Of a stretch of 64,000 bases of DNA, positions 50,638 through 59,010 are shown one piece after another. Position 1 is the stretch's first letter. Each line of letters starts with the position of its first letter. The DNA is taken from NCBI GenBank assembly GCA_000806115.1, contig JWKQ01000001.1:217784-281783 (forward strand), given 5' to 3'. Source of the stretch: an archaeon GW2011_AR5 (GTDB taxonomy: Archaea; Aenigmatarchaeota; Aenigmatarchaeia; GW2011-AR5). A program made the position numbers and the translations under genes. Below the pieces are notes generated by a model. That model ran no database searches. It was not told the DNA's origin and was given only the letters and a program-made list of their open reading frames with translations.

Positions 50638-51236
50638 AATCAATACACCGCAAAATCTGGAATCTAGCTCTGCCTTACCAGGACAAGCGGGACGACAAAG
50701 GCCATGCCAAGACAGTGGTCAGTTTTGCAATAAAACTTCTGAAAACTGAAAAGGCGGATCCTGATGTTGTTATACCTGCAGCAATCCTCCATGACATAGG
50801 ATGGAGCAGACTTTCCAAGAAAGAACGCTTCTCTATCTTCAAACCAGAACCTGCTGAAACTGGAAAAACGTTTTCAGGAGACATTGAAATAAGAAAAAAG
50901 CATCAGGACGAAGGCGTCAAAATAGCAAGACGCATACTTTCAAAAACAAAGTATAACAAAACCCTTGTTTCTGAAATCCTCGAAATTATATCCGAACACG
51001 ATACGAGGATCGGCTTTATCTCCAAAAACGAAGGCGTCATGCGCGATGCCGACAAGCTTTGGAGGTTCTCAAGAACAGGGTTCCTGGCCGACAGCAGAAG
51101 AAGAAACATGCCGCACTTGGAGAACCTGAGGCGATTGAAGCAAAAAACCCGGATGCATGGCTTCTTCTACTCTAAAACTGCAAAAAAGATAGCTGCAGAA
51201 GAGCTTAAGAAAAGAAAGAAGGAATTCAAGCTATAA
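50634..51236 (+). CDS. HD-domain phosphohydrolase
   Basis: GHAKTV...AAILHDIGW...SEHD. It overlaps the preceding gene by 4 nt. Confidence 0.8.
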   Translation: MKSIHRKIWNLALPYQDKRDDKGHAKTVVSFAIKLLKTEKADPDVVIPAAILHDIGWSRLSKKERFSIFKPEPAETGKTFSGDIEIRKKHQDEGVKIARRILSKTKYNKTLVSEILEIISEHDTRIGFISKNEGVMRDADKLWRFSRTGFLADSRRRNMPHLENLRRLKQKTRMHGFFYSKTAKKIAAEELKKRKKEFKL

Positions 51237-51237
51237 C

Positions 51238-51431
51238 GGGCTCGTGGTCTAATACAAATCCCTTCTTTGTAAAGAAGGTCTTTGTGAACCCCAAGAAACA
51301 GAGGGCTTCGCAAATATTAGGGATTTGTGGAGATTGGAATGACACTACGTTCGCATAACCTTTCCAGACCTCATGAAAACGGAAGGGTTCGAGGCACGTA
51401 GAGGCTCCGGGTTCAACTCCCGGCGAGTCCA
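51238..51431 (+). tRNA. tRNA-Ala(CGC) with two introns (82 nt in the D-loop, 51254-51335; 40 nt at 37/38, 51356-51395)
   Basis: Features: acceptor GGGCTCG/CGAGTCC with G3:U70; anticodon stem CTACG/CGTAG; loop TT-CGC-AA; T-arm CCGGG TTCAACT CCCGG. Exons total 72 nt and introns 122 nt, which equals the 194 nt observed. Confidence 0.75.
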
Positions 51432-51434
51432 TTT

Positions 51435-51806
51435 TCAGGCTTCAACTATAGTCTTGAACCCGCCGTAAGCCATGCGCTTCATGTCGAAAGGCATTGGCAT
51501 GTCCTTCCATTTCGGGTCGCTCATCGACTCTTTCATCACTTTTGTGTTTACCTTGTTGCGGTGGGCTTTCGACTTGAACACTATGAACGAGAACACGACC
51601 GTCTCCCCCGGCTTGGGCTTTGCCATCTTCGGGAACGTAGACAGCTTCATGTCGCCCGTGTCAGGGTTGAGGTCGTCGCCGACGCATTCAAAATACCTCA
51701 GCGCCCCGTGCTTCTTCCAGAGCTTCGCGCCCATCTGCGCCATCTTCCTGTACTGACCAAGCTTCTTCTTCGGCACAGTAAGAACAAATCCGTCGACATA
51801 CGCCAT
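51435..51806 (-). CDS. DUF1428-family protein
   Basis: MAYVDGFVLTVPKKKLGQYRKMAQMGAKLWKKHGALRYFECVGDDL...GGFKTIVEA resembles the DUF1428 pattern. Confidence 0.7.
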   Translation of the reverse strand: MAYVDGFVLTVPKKKLGQYRKMAQMGAKLWKKHGALRYFECVGDDLNPDTGDMKLSTFPKMAKPKPGETVVFSFIVFKSKAHRNKVNTKVMKESMSDPKWKDMPMPFDMKRMAYGGFKTIVEA

Positions 51807-51857
51807 GATACCAACCCCCGGTTATTTGTATATACGCAATATATGTCTGCACCTTTG

Positions 51858-52010
51858 CTAAAACGGCAGCAGATATCCGAAATAATAAAGGATGATTAGC
51901 AGAACCACGAACAGCACGATTGCAACAACCACGTTCTTGAGTATCTTGAACGCGATTATTACTACGGCTATCAATACCAGTATAGCCAGAATGCTCTCAA
52001 GGACAGCCAT
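51858..52010 (-). CDS. 50 aa small hydrophobic protein (below the ORF-track cutoff)
   Basis: Hand translation gives MAVLESILAILVLIAVVIIAFKILKNVVVAIVLFVVLLIILYYFGYLLPF*. It is more plausible than the antisense listed ORF 51892..52098. Confidence 0.4.
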   Translation of the reverse strand: MAVLESILAILVLIAVVIIAFKILKNVVVAIVLFVVLLIILYYFGYLLPF

Positions 52011-52083
52011 TTTCAATCACCGAATCCAACAAAAAAAGCAGCTTATTAAATGTAGTGTTGTAAAGTTATTAAAAACCAATTTG

Positions 52084-52217
52084 GGGCTCGTGGTCTAAAC
52101 TGGAAAAGCTTTTCTTTTGGCAGCAATGGAAAAGAACTATTATCCAGAGTGATGCTTCCATGGCATAGAGATTTTCGCCGAAGGAAGAGGCTCCGGGTTC
52201 AAATCCCGGCGAGTCCA
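52084..52217 (+). tRNA. tRNA-Ala(GGC) with two introns (44 nt at D-arm position about 21/22, 52106-52149; 16 nt at 37/38, 52166-52181)
   Basis: It has the same acceptor and T-arm as the other tRNA-Ala, including G3:U70. The anticodon stem is CTTCC/GGAAG and the loop is AT-GGC-AA. Exons of 74 nt plus introns of 60 nt equal the 134 nt observed. Confidence 0.75.
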
Positions 52218-52250
52218 TAAAATACTGACGGTTGGATAACAGGCATTACT

Positions 52251-52396
52251 TATGGCTCTACAAGGAAACAGTCTGACATTATTTCCTTGTAAGCTACAAG
52301 GTGAAGCTATGCTTCACCTGTACGGGAGAACCTTCGGTTCTCCCTGTATCTGCGAACCCAGAATTTATATCGGGATTCTTTTCTGGGTTCACTATA
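52251..52396 (-). repeat. structured repeat family, copy D (long variant with two extra internal hairpins)
   Basis: The minus-strand reading is TATAGTGAACCCAGAAAAGAATCCCGATATAAATTCTGGGTTCGCAGATA, then GGGAGAACCGAAGGTTCTCCC and GGTGAAGCATAGCTTCACC, then ...CTTACAAGGAAATAATGTCAGACTGTTTCCTTGTAGAGCCATA. Confidence 0.65.
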
Positions 52397-52428
52397 ACAC
52401 TTTTTAATCTGCGCAGCCAATTCTATTT

Positions 52429-52899
52429 ATGCGAATCAGAAAGCTGCGCGAGGACGACATAGGCAACATAGTCGCCATGATACACGACGTCATGGGACCC
52501 GACGACGCGAAGAAAGCGCTGCAGGACATAAGGATAAGCCTTGACAAGCACATTTACAAATTCGAGGAATTCTACGTCCTTGAGGTTGACAGCGAAATAG
52601 TCGCCGCCGGCGGGTTCTGGTCACTCAAGTACGACCCTGACATAGCGAGGCTTGACTGGTTCGTGGTGCCGAGGAAGCACCAGCGGCGCGGCTTCGGCAG
52701 GATGCTGATGAAGCACATAGTCAGCCGCGCAAAAATGCTAAAGCTGAGATTAATCCTTGCCGAAACAAGCGACGGGCAGCAGTACAAGGCGGCGAGGGAG
52801 TTCCTGATGAAGAACAGCTTCAAAAAAGCCGCAGTCATAAAGAATTACTGGAACGACGGCTCCTCCGCCGTTTATTTTATAAGACGATTGAAAAAGTGA
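52429..52899 (+). CDS. GNAT-family N-acetyltransferase
   Basis: WFVVPRKHQRRGFGRMLMKHIV is the acetyl-CoA binding motif Q/RxxGxG. Confidence 0.85.
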   Translation: MRIRKLREDDIGNIVAMIHDVMGPDDAKKALQDIRISLDKHIYKFEEFYVLEVDSEIVAAGGFWSLKYDPDIARLDWFVVPRKHQRRGFGRMLMKHIVSRAKMLKLRLILAETSDGQQYKAAREFLMKNSFKKAAVIKNYWNDGSSAVYFIRRLKK

Positions 52900-52903
52900 T
52901 ATC

Positions 52904-53785
52904 ATGAAACTAAGGAAAAAAAAGGCGCGCCTGAACAAGAAAGGCATCAACAGCGTCCTCATTGTTGCCAAGCAGAACAACGTCGGATTGCAGCACGCGA
53001 AAAAACTTGAGAAAATGCTGCAGAACAGGGTTCGCGAGGTTCATTTTGACAGGTCCACCGCCATACGCTTCAGGAAAATCGGCCATTCAATAAGGAAGTT
53101 CAACGGCGACCTTATAATAACGCTCGGCGGCGACGGAACTTTCCTCTGGACTGCGCACAAGACAGAGGTTCCCGTGCTTCCCGTAAAGCTTGAGGGTCAG
53201 GGATTCCTTTGCAGCTGCAATTTCAAGCAGCTCACCGAGAACCTGGAAAGGATACTCAAGAAGGATTTTGCCATAAAGGAGCGCATGAGGCTGCGCTGTT
53301 CCAGGATGCCTCTGGGAAAGATACAGAAATACATGAAAACCATACGGCACGGCGACTATCCATTAGCATTGAACGAGATCGCTTTTGCCCGCAAGCGCCC
53401 GTCGAAAATACTCAACATAGAGTTCAAGATAGACGGCGTGGTGTTCGACATGATAGGCGACGGCGTGATGTTTTCCACCCCAAGCGGCTCGACGGCATAC
53501 AGTTCCTCTGCAGGCGGCTCCATGATAGACCCCTCGATGGAAATGGTAAGCATAATACCGCTCTACCCGTTCTTCTCGAAAATCAAGCCGCTCATAGTGC
53601 CGAAGGACAAGAAAATAGAGGTGACGGTTGCGGGCGGCGACTGCGCCCTTGTGATAGACGGGCACGGCGGGGATTACATAAAGAAGAACTCAAGCTTTGT
53701 CATAGAGACAGCCACGCCGGTAAAGATAGTGTCGCTCTTTGAACAGAACTTCTACGAGAAGATACGGAAGAACCTGATGGGCTGA
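52904..53785 (+). CDS. nadK: NAD kinase
   Basis: Features: LIITLGGDGTFL and GDGVMFSTPSGSTAYSSSAGG. Confidence 0.9.
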   Translation: MKLRKKKARLNKKGINSVLIVAKQNNVGLQHAKKLEKMLQNRVREVHFDRSTAIRFRKIGHSIRKFNGDLIITLGGDGTFLWTAHKTEVPVLPVKLEGQGFLCSCNFKQLTENLERILKKDFAIKERMRLRCSRMPLGKIQKYMKTIRHGDYPLALNEIAFARKRPSKILNIEFKIDGVVFDMIGDGVMFSTPSGSTAYSSSAGGSMIDPSMEMVSIIPLYPFFSKIKPLIVPKDKKIEVTVAGGDCALVIDGHGGDYIKKNSSFVIETATPVKIVSLFEQNFYEKIRKNLMG

Positions 53786-53939
53786 CTATAATTAAAAGAC
53801 GAACTCAAGATTTTCCCAAGCTTTGCGCCTTTCTTTTGCATCTCCCCGTATCAACTGAATCCACGGCACCAAATATAATTTTCTTAAATACCTCAGACAA
53901 AGAAATAGCACAAGCAGGATATTGAGTTTTGCTGTGCTC

Positions 53940-54026
53940 GGGACGGTAGCTTAGCCTGGTAGAGCACTTGACTGATATCGCATGTCAGAGATCAAGAGGT
54001 CGCCAGTTCAAATCTGGTCCGTCCCA
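53940..54026 (+). tRNA. tRNA-Ile(GAU) with a 13-nt intron at 37/38
   Basis: The reading is GGGACGG TA GCTT AGCCTGGTA GAGC A CTTGA CTGATA[TCGCATGTCAGAG]A TCAAG AGGTC GCCAG TTCAAAT CTGGT CCGTCCC A. Confidence 0.85.
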
Positions 54027-54032
54027 CTCATT

Positions 54033-54048
54033 TTTTTCTCCGGAAAAA
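54033..54048 (+). terminator. T-rich hairpin immediately after tRNA-Ile
   Basis: TTTTTC 54033-54038 pairs with GAAAAA 54043-54048 around the loop TCCG. A T7 run precedes it. Confidence 0.4.
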
Positions 54049-54113
54049 TATCCCAAAAACAATTACAAATGAATTACACGCCCTGACTCCGTCAGGTTTT
54101 TAAGCATTTACGG

Positions 54114-54545
54114 ATGAGTAGTAACATGAAAAAGCAGGGCAATGCAAATTCAAGCAAAATGTACGTGCTCCCGATAGCCATACTTTTTGGAATCCTCACG
54201 TTCAGCAGCGGACAGTACCAGAGCGGCTCAGGCGCCAACGCAAACCTTTTCCTGCAGCCTACCATGCCGATGTTCTCCAACCCCAGCGGACTGGGTTCAT
54301 TCTACTTTGCCGCATCGCCGGTGCGCGTGAATCCAACTTACAACATGAACCCGAGCAGCGCGTTCCTCAACATAAACTACAGGTCCAAGCTGCCGACTTC
54401 GCCGACATTCTTCTACGCACAGCCGTCGCCAGTGCTTGTGAAATACTCAGCCATAGGAACTCCAGTGCAGCCGATTTACTACACGCCGACGCGCGCGCTT
54501 TTCGGAGTGCGCTACACTTATGACAATTTCGGACAGGTTTGGTAA
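54114..54545 (+). CDS. secreted or anchored P/N/S/Y-rich hypothetical protein
   Basis: The hydrophobic segment MYVLPIAILFGILTFSSG follows a polar N-terminus. No family recognised. Confidence 0.55.
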   Translation: MSSNMKKQGNANSSKMYVLPIAILFGILTFSSGQYQSGSGANANLFLQPTMPMFSNPSGLGSFYFAASPVRVNPTYNMNPSSAFLNINYRSKLPTSPTFFYAQPSPVLVKYSAIGTPVQPIYYTPTRALFGVRYTYDNFGQVW

Positions 54546-54563
54546 GAGAACGCCTTAATTCTC

Positions 54564-55682
54564 ATGAATTCAAACAGATTAGACGTCTCCGGGATTGCAG
54601 CAAACCAGACAGGGTTACTTACCGGAGCATTTGACAGGTTTTTAATAACAAACTATTTTGACGCCATGCAAAAAGGACTGTTTTCAAAAGGTGGAATATA
54701 CGCGGCTATTGACGGACATGTCCGGAGGCCTGACAGCCTCTATTTTGAAGTTCCCGAAACAAAAGCGCATGACGTAGCAGGTTATATTGGAAGAACACTG
54801 CAGCAGCACGGCTCGGCGTATCTGAAGGATGTCACGACAACGGTCGGCGGAGGCTGCGGAGTGATTAAAATCTACGCCGACGACGACCATGTTCACCTGG
54901 TTATTCCGCATTCTGCAACGAGAGAAAGAATAGAGAGAAACCTTGGAAGCTTGCACGGCACGGAGGATTTCCTTTACTTTTTTGCGTCACATCATCTTTC
55001 AGAAAACCCAAGGAATGTCCGCATTCCAATATTGAGAACAAGAGCGGACCAGCCTGCAGGAAGAATATTCGATGTAATGGCTCGCAGAGTCCTGAACCCG
55101 GGCGAATATGCGGTTGAAGCGCCTATAAAAATCCCCCTTTACAACGGGAAGACGTGGGAGGTAAGAAACCTGGTGCAGTGCCCCGGAGGAATACCTTCAG
55201 TCACGGCACATTATACAAAAGTGGGCGCGGGAGCGGATTTCAGCAACCTGCTTCTTGGCGGGGAGGCGCACGATTCACTGGAAGTTTTGCGCGAAATTCA
55301 CAAACACGCCGAAAAACCCGAGTCGGCGGCCCTGGAATACCTGCATGAAAACAAAAGAACGGCGCTTGCGGCGGCGGATGCATTTGTTTCGTACTGCCGC
55401 AAACTGGCACTTACACATCTTGAAGGCACGGAAGCTGAACAATTCTATCCAAGAGAATTTTCAGTTGATGTAACAGGAGAGTTTTTTGACGGAACCTTGA
55501 GGCCTGTAGTCGGGGAACTGCAATATCCCCTCGGTTTCAACAGCTTTCGCGATTCCCTGCTTGAAGTGGACCCAGTCGCACTTGGAAGATTCGATGAAAT
55601 TCATGATTTCATGATGCGCCATGACTCCGAACTTTTTCTGAATTTGGCTGCAAGGGCTGAAAAGACGACATCAACCCTTTAA
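54564..55682 (+). CDS. hypothetical protein (372 aa)
   Basis: A long ORF with coding-like composition. No motif recognised. Confidence 0.65.
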   Translation: MNSNRLDVSGIAANQTGLLTGAFDRFLITNYFDAMQKGLFSKGGIYAAIDGHVRRPDSLYFEVPETKAHDVAGYIGRTLQQHGSAYLKDVTTTVGGGCGVIKIYADDDHVHLVIPHSATRERIERNLGSLHGTEDFLYFFASHHLSENPRNVRIPILRTRADQPAGRIFDVMARRVLNPGEYAVEAPIKIPLYNGKTWEVRNLVQCPGGIPSVTAHYTKVGAGADFSNLLLGGEAHDSLEVLREIHKHAEKPESAALEYLHENKRTALAAADAFVSYCRKLALTHLEGTEAEQFYPREFSVDVTGEFFDGTLRPVVGELQYPLGFNSFRDSLLEVDPVALGRFDEIHDFMMRHDSELFLNLAARAEKTTSTL

Positions 55683-55850
55683 AACATTTAAATACTTTCT
55701 TTTTCAAGTTTAGTTTGCTCTCATGACTGGATATATGCCGAACGGTCAGAAATCGTTTGGCTTATTTCTGCAGTTAACTACGTACTAGTCGAGAGACTAG
55801 AGTCATGACTCGGGAAAATCGGAAATTAATGCTTAGACAGAGGTACGAGA

Positions 55851-56801
55851 ATGCCCAAGAGAACAAGACCGCGACACGGGTCGCTTCAGTACTGGCCGCG
55901 CAAACGCGCGAAGCGCATAGTCACACGGACGCGCCACTGGGCTCCGTCAAAGGACGCAAAGCCGCTGGGCTTTGCCGGATGGAAAGCCGGAATGACGCAC
56001 GTTCAACTGGTTGACCAGAACAGCAAGTCACCGACTTTCGGCAAGACAATCGTCAAGCCGGTGACGGTCCTGGACGCTCCTTCTCTCTTTGTTGCTGCAA
56101 TTCGCTTTTACAAAACTTCCTTCAACGGAGACCGCGCCGTCGGCGAAAAATGGTCGAAGCTTCCGAAAGACATCAAGCTGAAGCTCAAGACAGACATCAA
56201 GTCAGAAATGCCAAAGGAATTTGATAATATTACTCTCGTGGTTGCCACACAGCCGGCTAAAAGCGGCATGAGGCAGATAAAGAGCGACCTTTTCGAGATA
56301 GGAATCGGCGGAACCAGCGACCAGAAGCTTGCCTACGCAGACTCAGTTCTTGGCAAGGAGATAAACGCAAAGGATATTTTCAAGCCGGGAGAGTTTGTTG
56401 ACGCTTCCGCAGTCACGAAAGCGTTCGGCTTCACGGGCCCTGTAAAGAGGTTCGGCATCAGGATACAAACAAGAAAAGACAAGCAGATGCACCGACATGT
56501 TGGAAGCATTGGAAGCACAGTGCCCCGTCACATAGATTGGAGGGTTCCGGCAGCCGGACAACATGGATTTCACACACGTACTGACTTCACAAAAAAATTG
56601 ATAATGATCGATGACGCTTCGAAAGTTACTCCATCCGGCGGATTTGTCGGCTATGGCTTGCCGAAATCAGTAATACTTATAGAGGGTTCAGTTCCCGGGC
56701 CAAGAAAAAGGCTGGTAAGGATAAGGAAGGCTGCAAGGGACTCGAGAACAATCCCGATTGACGTAAAGTACATCTCAGTCGAGAGCAAGCAGGGGAAATA
56801 A
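55851..56801 (+). CDS. rpl3: 50S ribosomal protein L3 (uL3)
   Basis: MPKRTRPRHGSLQYWPRKRAKR...GFAGWKAGMTHV. Confidence 0.95.
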   Translation: MPKRTRPRHGSLQYWPRKRAKRIVTRTRHWAPSKDAKPLGFAGWKAGMTHVQLVDQNSKSPTFGKTIVKPVTVLDAPSLFVAAIRFYKTSFNGDRAVGEKWSKLPKDIKLKLKTDIKSEMPKEFDNITLVVATQPAKSGMRQIKSDLFEIGIGGTSDQKLAYADSVLGKEINAKDIFKPGEFVDASAVTKAFGFTGPVKRFGIRIQTRKDKQMHRHVGSIGSTVPRHIDWRVPAAGQHGFHTRTDFTKKLIMIDDASKVTPSGGFVGYGLPKSVILIEGSVPGPRKRLVRIRKAARDSRTIPIDVKYISVESKQGK

Positions 56802-56803
56802 TC

Positions 56804-57004
56804 ATGTCAGAATTAATGGGCGATTTGTGGTGCGGAATGGGCAACGGAAAAAGGTTCGTCATAGGCACCGTTCCTGTCGACATGCCGGTCGGCTATCACA
56901 GAAAAGGCGCAGTGAAAATAGGCATGGTAGTTTACGGGTCATCGGACACTGACGTGAAACAAAAAATCGGCAGGAAATATCCGGCAGCAGAAATTGCAGA
57001 GTGA
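56804..57004 (+). CDS. 66 aa unknown protein inserted between rpl3 and rpl4
   Basis: It fills the whole 208-nt gap. It starts at TAATCATG, 2 nt after the rpl3 stop, and ends in the conserved GAGTGATAATCATG junction before rpl4. Confidence 0.5.
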   Translation: MSELMGDLWCGMGNGKRFVIGTVPVDMPVGYHRKGAVKIGMVVYGSSDTDVKQKIGRKYPAAEIAE

Positions 57005-57009
57005 TAATC

Positions 57010-57798
57010 ATGAAAGCAAAAGTTTACGACATGAAAGGGACACAGACGTCGGAAGTGGAACTGCCCGGCGTATTCAGCACGCCTTACAGGCCGGACGTCA
57101 TAAAGCGCGCAGTGCTCGCGCAGCAGTCGGCGAAGCGCCAACCTTACGGCACAGACCCGCTCGCAGGTCTGCGCTCCTCAGCCCACTACCACGGCTCGCG
57201 GCACTACAGATACGCCATGATGAACAAGGAGATGTCAAGGATGCCCCGAATACACGGCAAGGTAGGCTACATGGCGTGGAGGGCGCGCGTTGCTCCGCAG
57301 GCAGTGAAGGGGCGAAGAGCGCACCCGCCAAAGGCGCAGAAGATATGGCTCCAGAAGATAAATCAACAGGAACGCAATCTTGCCATCCGGTCCGCCCTTG
57401 CAGCCTCAACCAGCCCGGAACTGCTGAAGATGAGGGGACACACCCACAAGTCGCCGATAATATTTACAGATGATTTTGACAACGTGAAAAGCACGAAGGA
57501 AGTGTACGGACTGCTGGAGAAGGTTGCGGGCGCGGAACTCGAGAGGGCTGAGAAGAGGAAGGTTCGCGCAGGCAAGGGGAAGATGAGAGGCAGGCGGTAC
57601 CAGCAAAAGAAAGGACCGCTAGTGATACTTCCGAAAACCTGCCCCGCAATAAAGGCGTCAAGGAACATACCCGGAATCGACGCAATCTCGGTGAGCAACA
57701 TCAACGTCGAGCTGCTCGCGCCGGGCACGCAGGCGGGAAGGCTTATAATCACAACGAAGTCCGCCATTGAAGCGCTTCAAAAAAGATTTGGTGAATGA
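57010..57798 (+). CDS. rpl4: 50S ribosomal protein L4 (uL4)
   Basis: MKAKVYDMKGTQTSEVELPGVFSTPYRPDVIKRAVLAQQSAKRQPYG. The ATG at 57010 follows the GTGATAATC junction. Confidence 0.93.
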   Translation: MKAKVYDMKGTQTSEVELPGVFSTPYRPDVIKRAVLAQQSAKRQPYGTDPLAGLRSSAHYHGSRHYRYAMMNKEMSRMPRIHGKVGYMAWRARVAPQAVKGRRAHPPKAQKIWLQKINQQERNLAIRSALAASTSPELLKMRGHTHKSPIIFTDDFDNVKSTKEVYGLLEKVAGAELERAEKRKVRAGKGKMRGRRYQQKKGPLVILPKTCPAIKASRNIPGIDAISVSNINVELLAPGTQAGRLIITTKSAIEALQKRFGE

Positions 57799-57800
57799 TA

Positions 57801-58202
57801 ATGGCAAAAGAAAACGACAAAAAAGCCGAAGAGAAGACAAAGCTGCCTGCAAAGGAAGCGAAGCCGAAAGAGGTAAAAAGCGCCAAGCCTGCAAAGAAAA
57901 AGCAGGAAAAGGAGATACCGAAGGCGGACGCAAAAGCTGTGTCGGACGCTTTCGACATCGTAAAGTTCGTGCTGATGACTGAAAAGTCAATCAGGATGGT
58001 TGAGAGCCAGAACAAGCTCGTATTCATAGTGAACCGGTCGTCAAAAAGGAACCAGATAAGGAAGTCAATAGAACACGCGTTCGGCTCACCCGTGTCCGGC
58101 ATCTCGATTGTCATAGACCAGTCGGGAAGGAAGAAGGCGTTCGTGAAGTTCAGCAACCCGGGCGCCGCGGGCGACATCGCGATAAAATTGGGAGTCATAT
58201 AA
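57801..58202 (+). CDS. rpl23: 50S ribosomal protein L23 (uL23) with a Lys/Glu/Ala-rich N-terminal extension of about 50 aa
   Basis: The core is FDIVKFVLMTEKSIRMVESQNKLVFIVNRSSKRNQIRKSIEHAFG. The N-terminus is MAKENDKKAEEKTKLPAKEAKPKEVKSAKPAKKKQEKE. Confidence 0.9.
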   Translation: MAKENDKKAEEKTKLPAKEAKPKEVKSAKPAKKKQEKEIPKADAKAVSDAFDIVKFVLMTEKSIRMVESQNKLVFIVNRSSKRNQIRKSIEHAFGSPVSGISIVIDQSGRKKAFVKFSNPGAAGDIAIKLGVI

Positions 58203-58222
58203 AGTAATAATCACGAAGACCA

Positions 58223-58290
58223 AAGGTCGAGTCTGAACCCTTTCTTGGGGTTAAGACCTAGACCTTCTTTCGGGAAAGAAGGGATTGGTA
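58223..58290 (+). ncRNA. structured intercistronic element, copy 1 (rpl23/rpl2 junction)
   Basis: Hairpin A is AACCC 58236-58240 with GGGTT 58248-58252. Hairpin B is CCTTCTTT 58263-58270 with AAAGAAGG 58275-58282. It ends in GGGATTGGTA directly before ATG 58291. The copy is about 85 percent identical, by eye, to 62942-63005. Confidence 0.5.
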
Positions 58291-59004
58291 ATGGGAAAGA
58301 ATCTTAGACAGCAGAGAAGGGGCAAGGGAAGCCCAAGATACAGCGCACATTCGCACAGGTACGACGGCAAAACCAGATACTCCGACGTTCAGGGCGAAGG
58401 CGTAGTCGTCGACATAGTCCACTCGCCCGGCAGGAGAGTGCCGGCTGCCGTTGTAGATTACAAGCATACAGACGCCAAAGGCGTCATCAGCTGGCGAAAA
58501 AGTCTGATGCTCCCGGCCGAGGGTTTGTTCGTCGGGCAAAAAATATCCAACACAAACGAGACTGGAAACATCACGCACCTCAAAAACCTCCCGGAAGGAA
58601 CCAAGATATTCAATATTGAACTTCATCCCGGGGACGGCGGCAGGCTCTGCAGGGCGTCCGGGAGCTTTGCCACTATAATTTCAAAAGATGTAAACAACTG
58701 CACGGTGCTTATGCCGTCGAGGGAGAAAAAAGTCATATCCACAGACTGCCGCGCGACTGTCGGCATCGGCGCATCCTCGGGACGCACCGAGAAGCCGTTC
58801 ATGAAGGCGGGAACGAAGCACTACTCAATGAAGGCGCTCGGCAAGCTCTATCCTCACGTGCAGGGCGTATCGATGAACGCATGCAACCACCCGTTCGGCG
58901 GACAAACAAGGCCGGGCAAGCCGAAGACGGTGTCGCGCCACATGCCTCCCGGCAAGAAAGTCGGAAGCATATCGCCGAAGAGAACCGGCAAGAGAAAGAA
59001 GTGA
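58291..59004 (+). CDS. rpl2: 50S ribosomal protein L2 (uL2)
   Basis: MGKNLRQQRRGKGSPRY...HPFGGQTRPGKPKTVSR. The ATG at 58291 is preferred over the TTG at 58285. Confidence 0.95.
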   Translation: MGKNLRQQRRGKGSPRYSAHSHRYDGKTRYSDVQGEGVVVDIVHSPGRRVPAAVVDYKHTDAKGVISWRKSLMLPAEGLFVGQKISNTNETGNITHLKNLPEGTKIFNIELHPGDGGRLCRASGSFATIISKDVNNCTVLMPSREKKVISTDCRATVGIGASSGRTEKPFMKAGTKHYSMKALGKLYPHVQGVSMNACNHPFGGQTRPGKPKTVSRHMPPGKKVGSISPKRTGKRKK

Positions 59005-59010
59005 TGAATA

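Noticed and set aside
51226-51432. A 68 aa minus-strand ORF.
   Set aside because: It is completely overlapped by the two-intron tRNA-Ala(CGC) gene on the plus strand.
51892-52098. A 68 aa plus-strand ORF (MISRTTNSTIATTTF...).
   Set aside because: It runs into the tRNA-Ala(GGC) gene and is antisense to a more plausible 50 aa hydrophobic ORF (51858..52010). Its composition looks non-coding.
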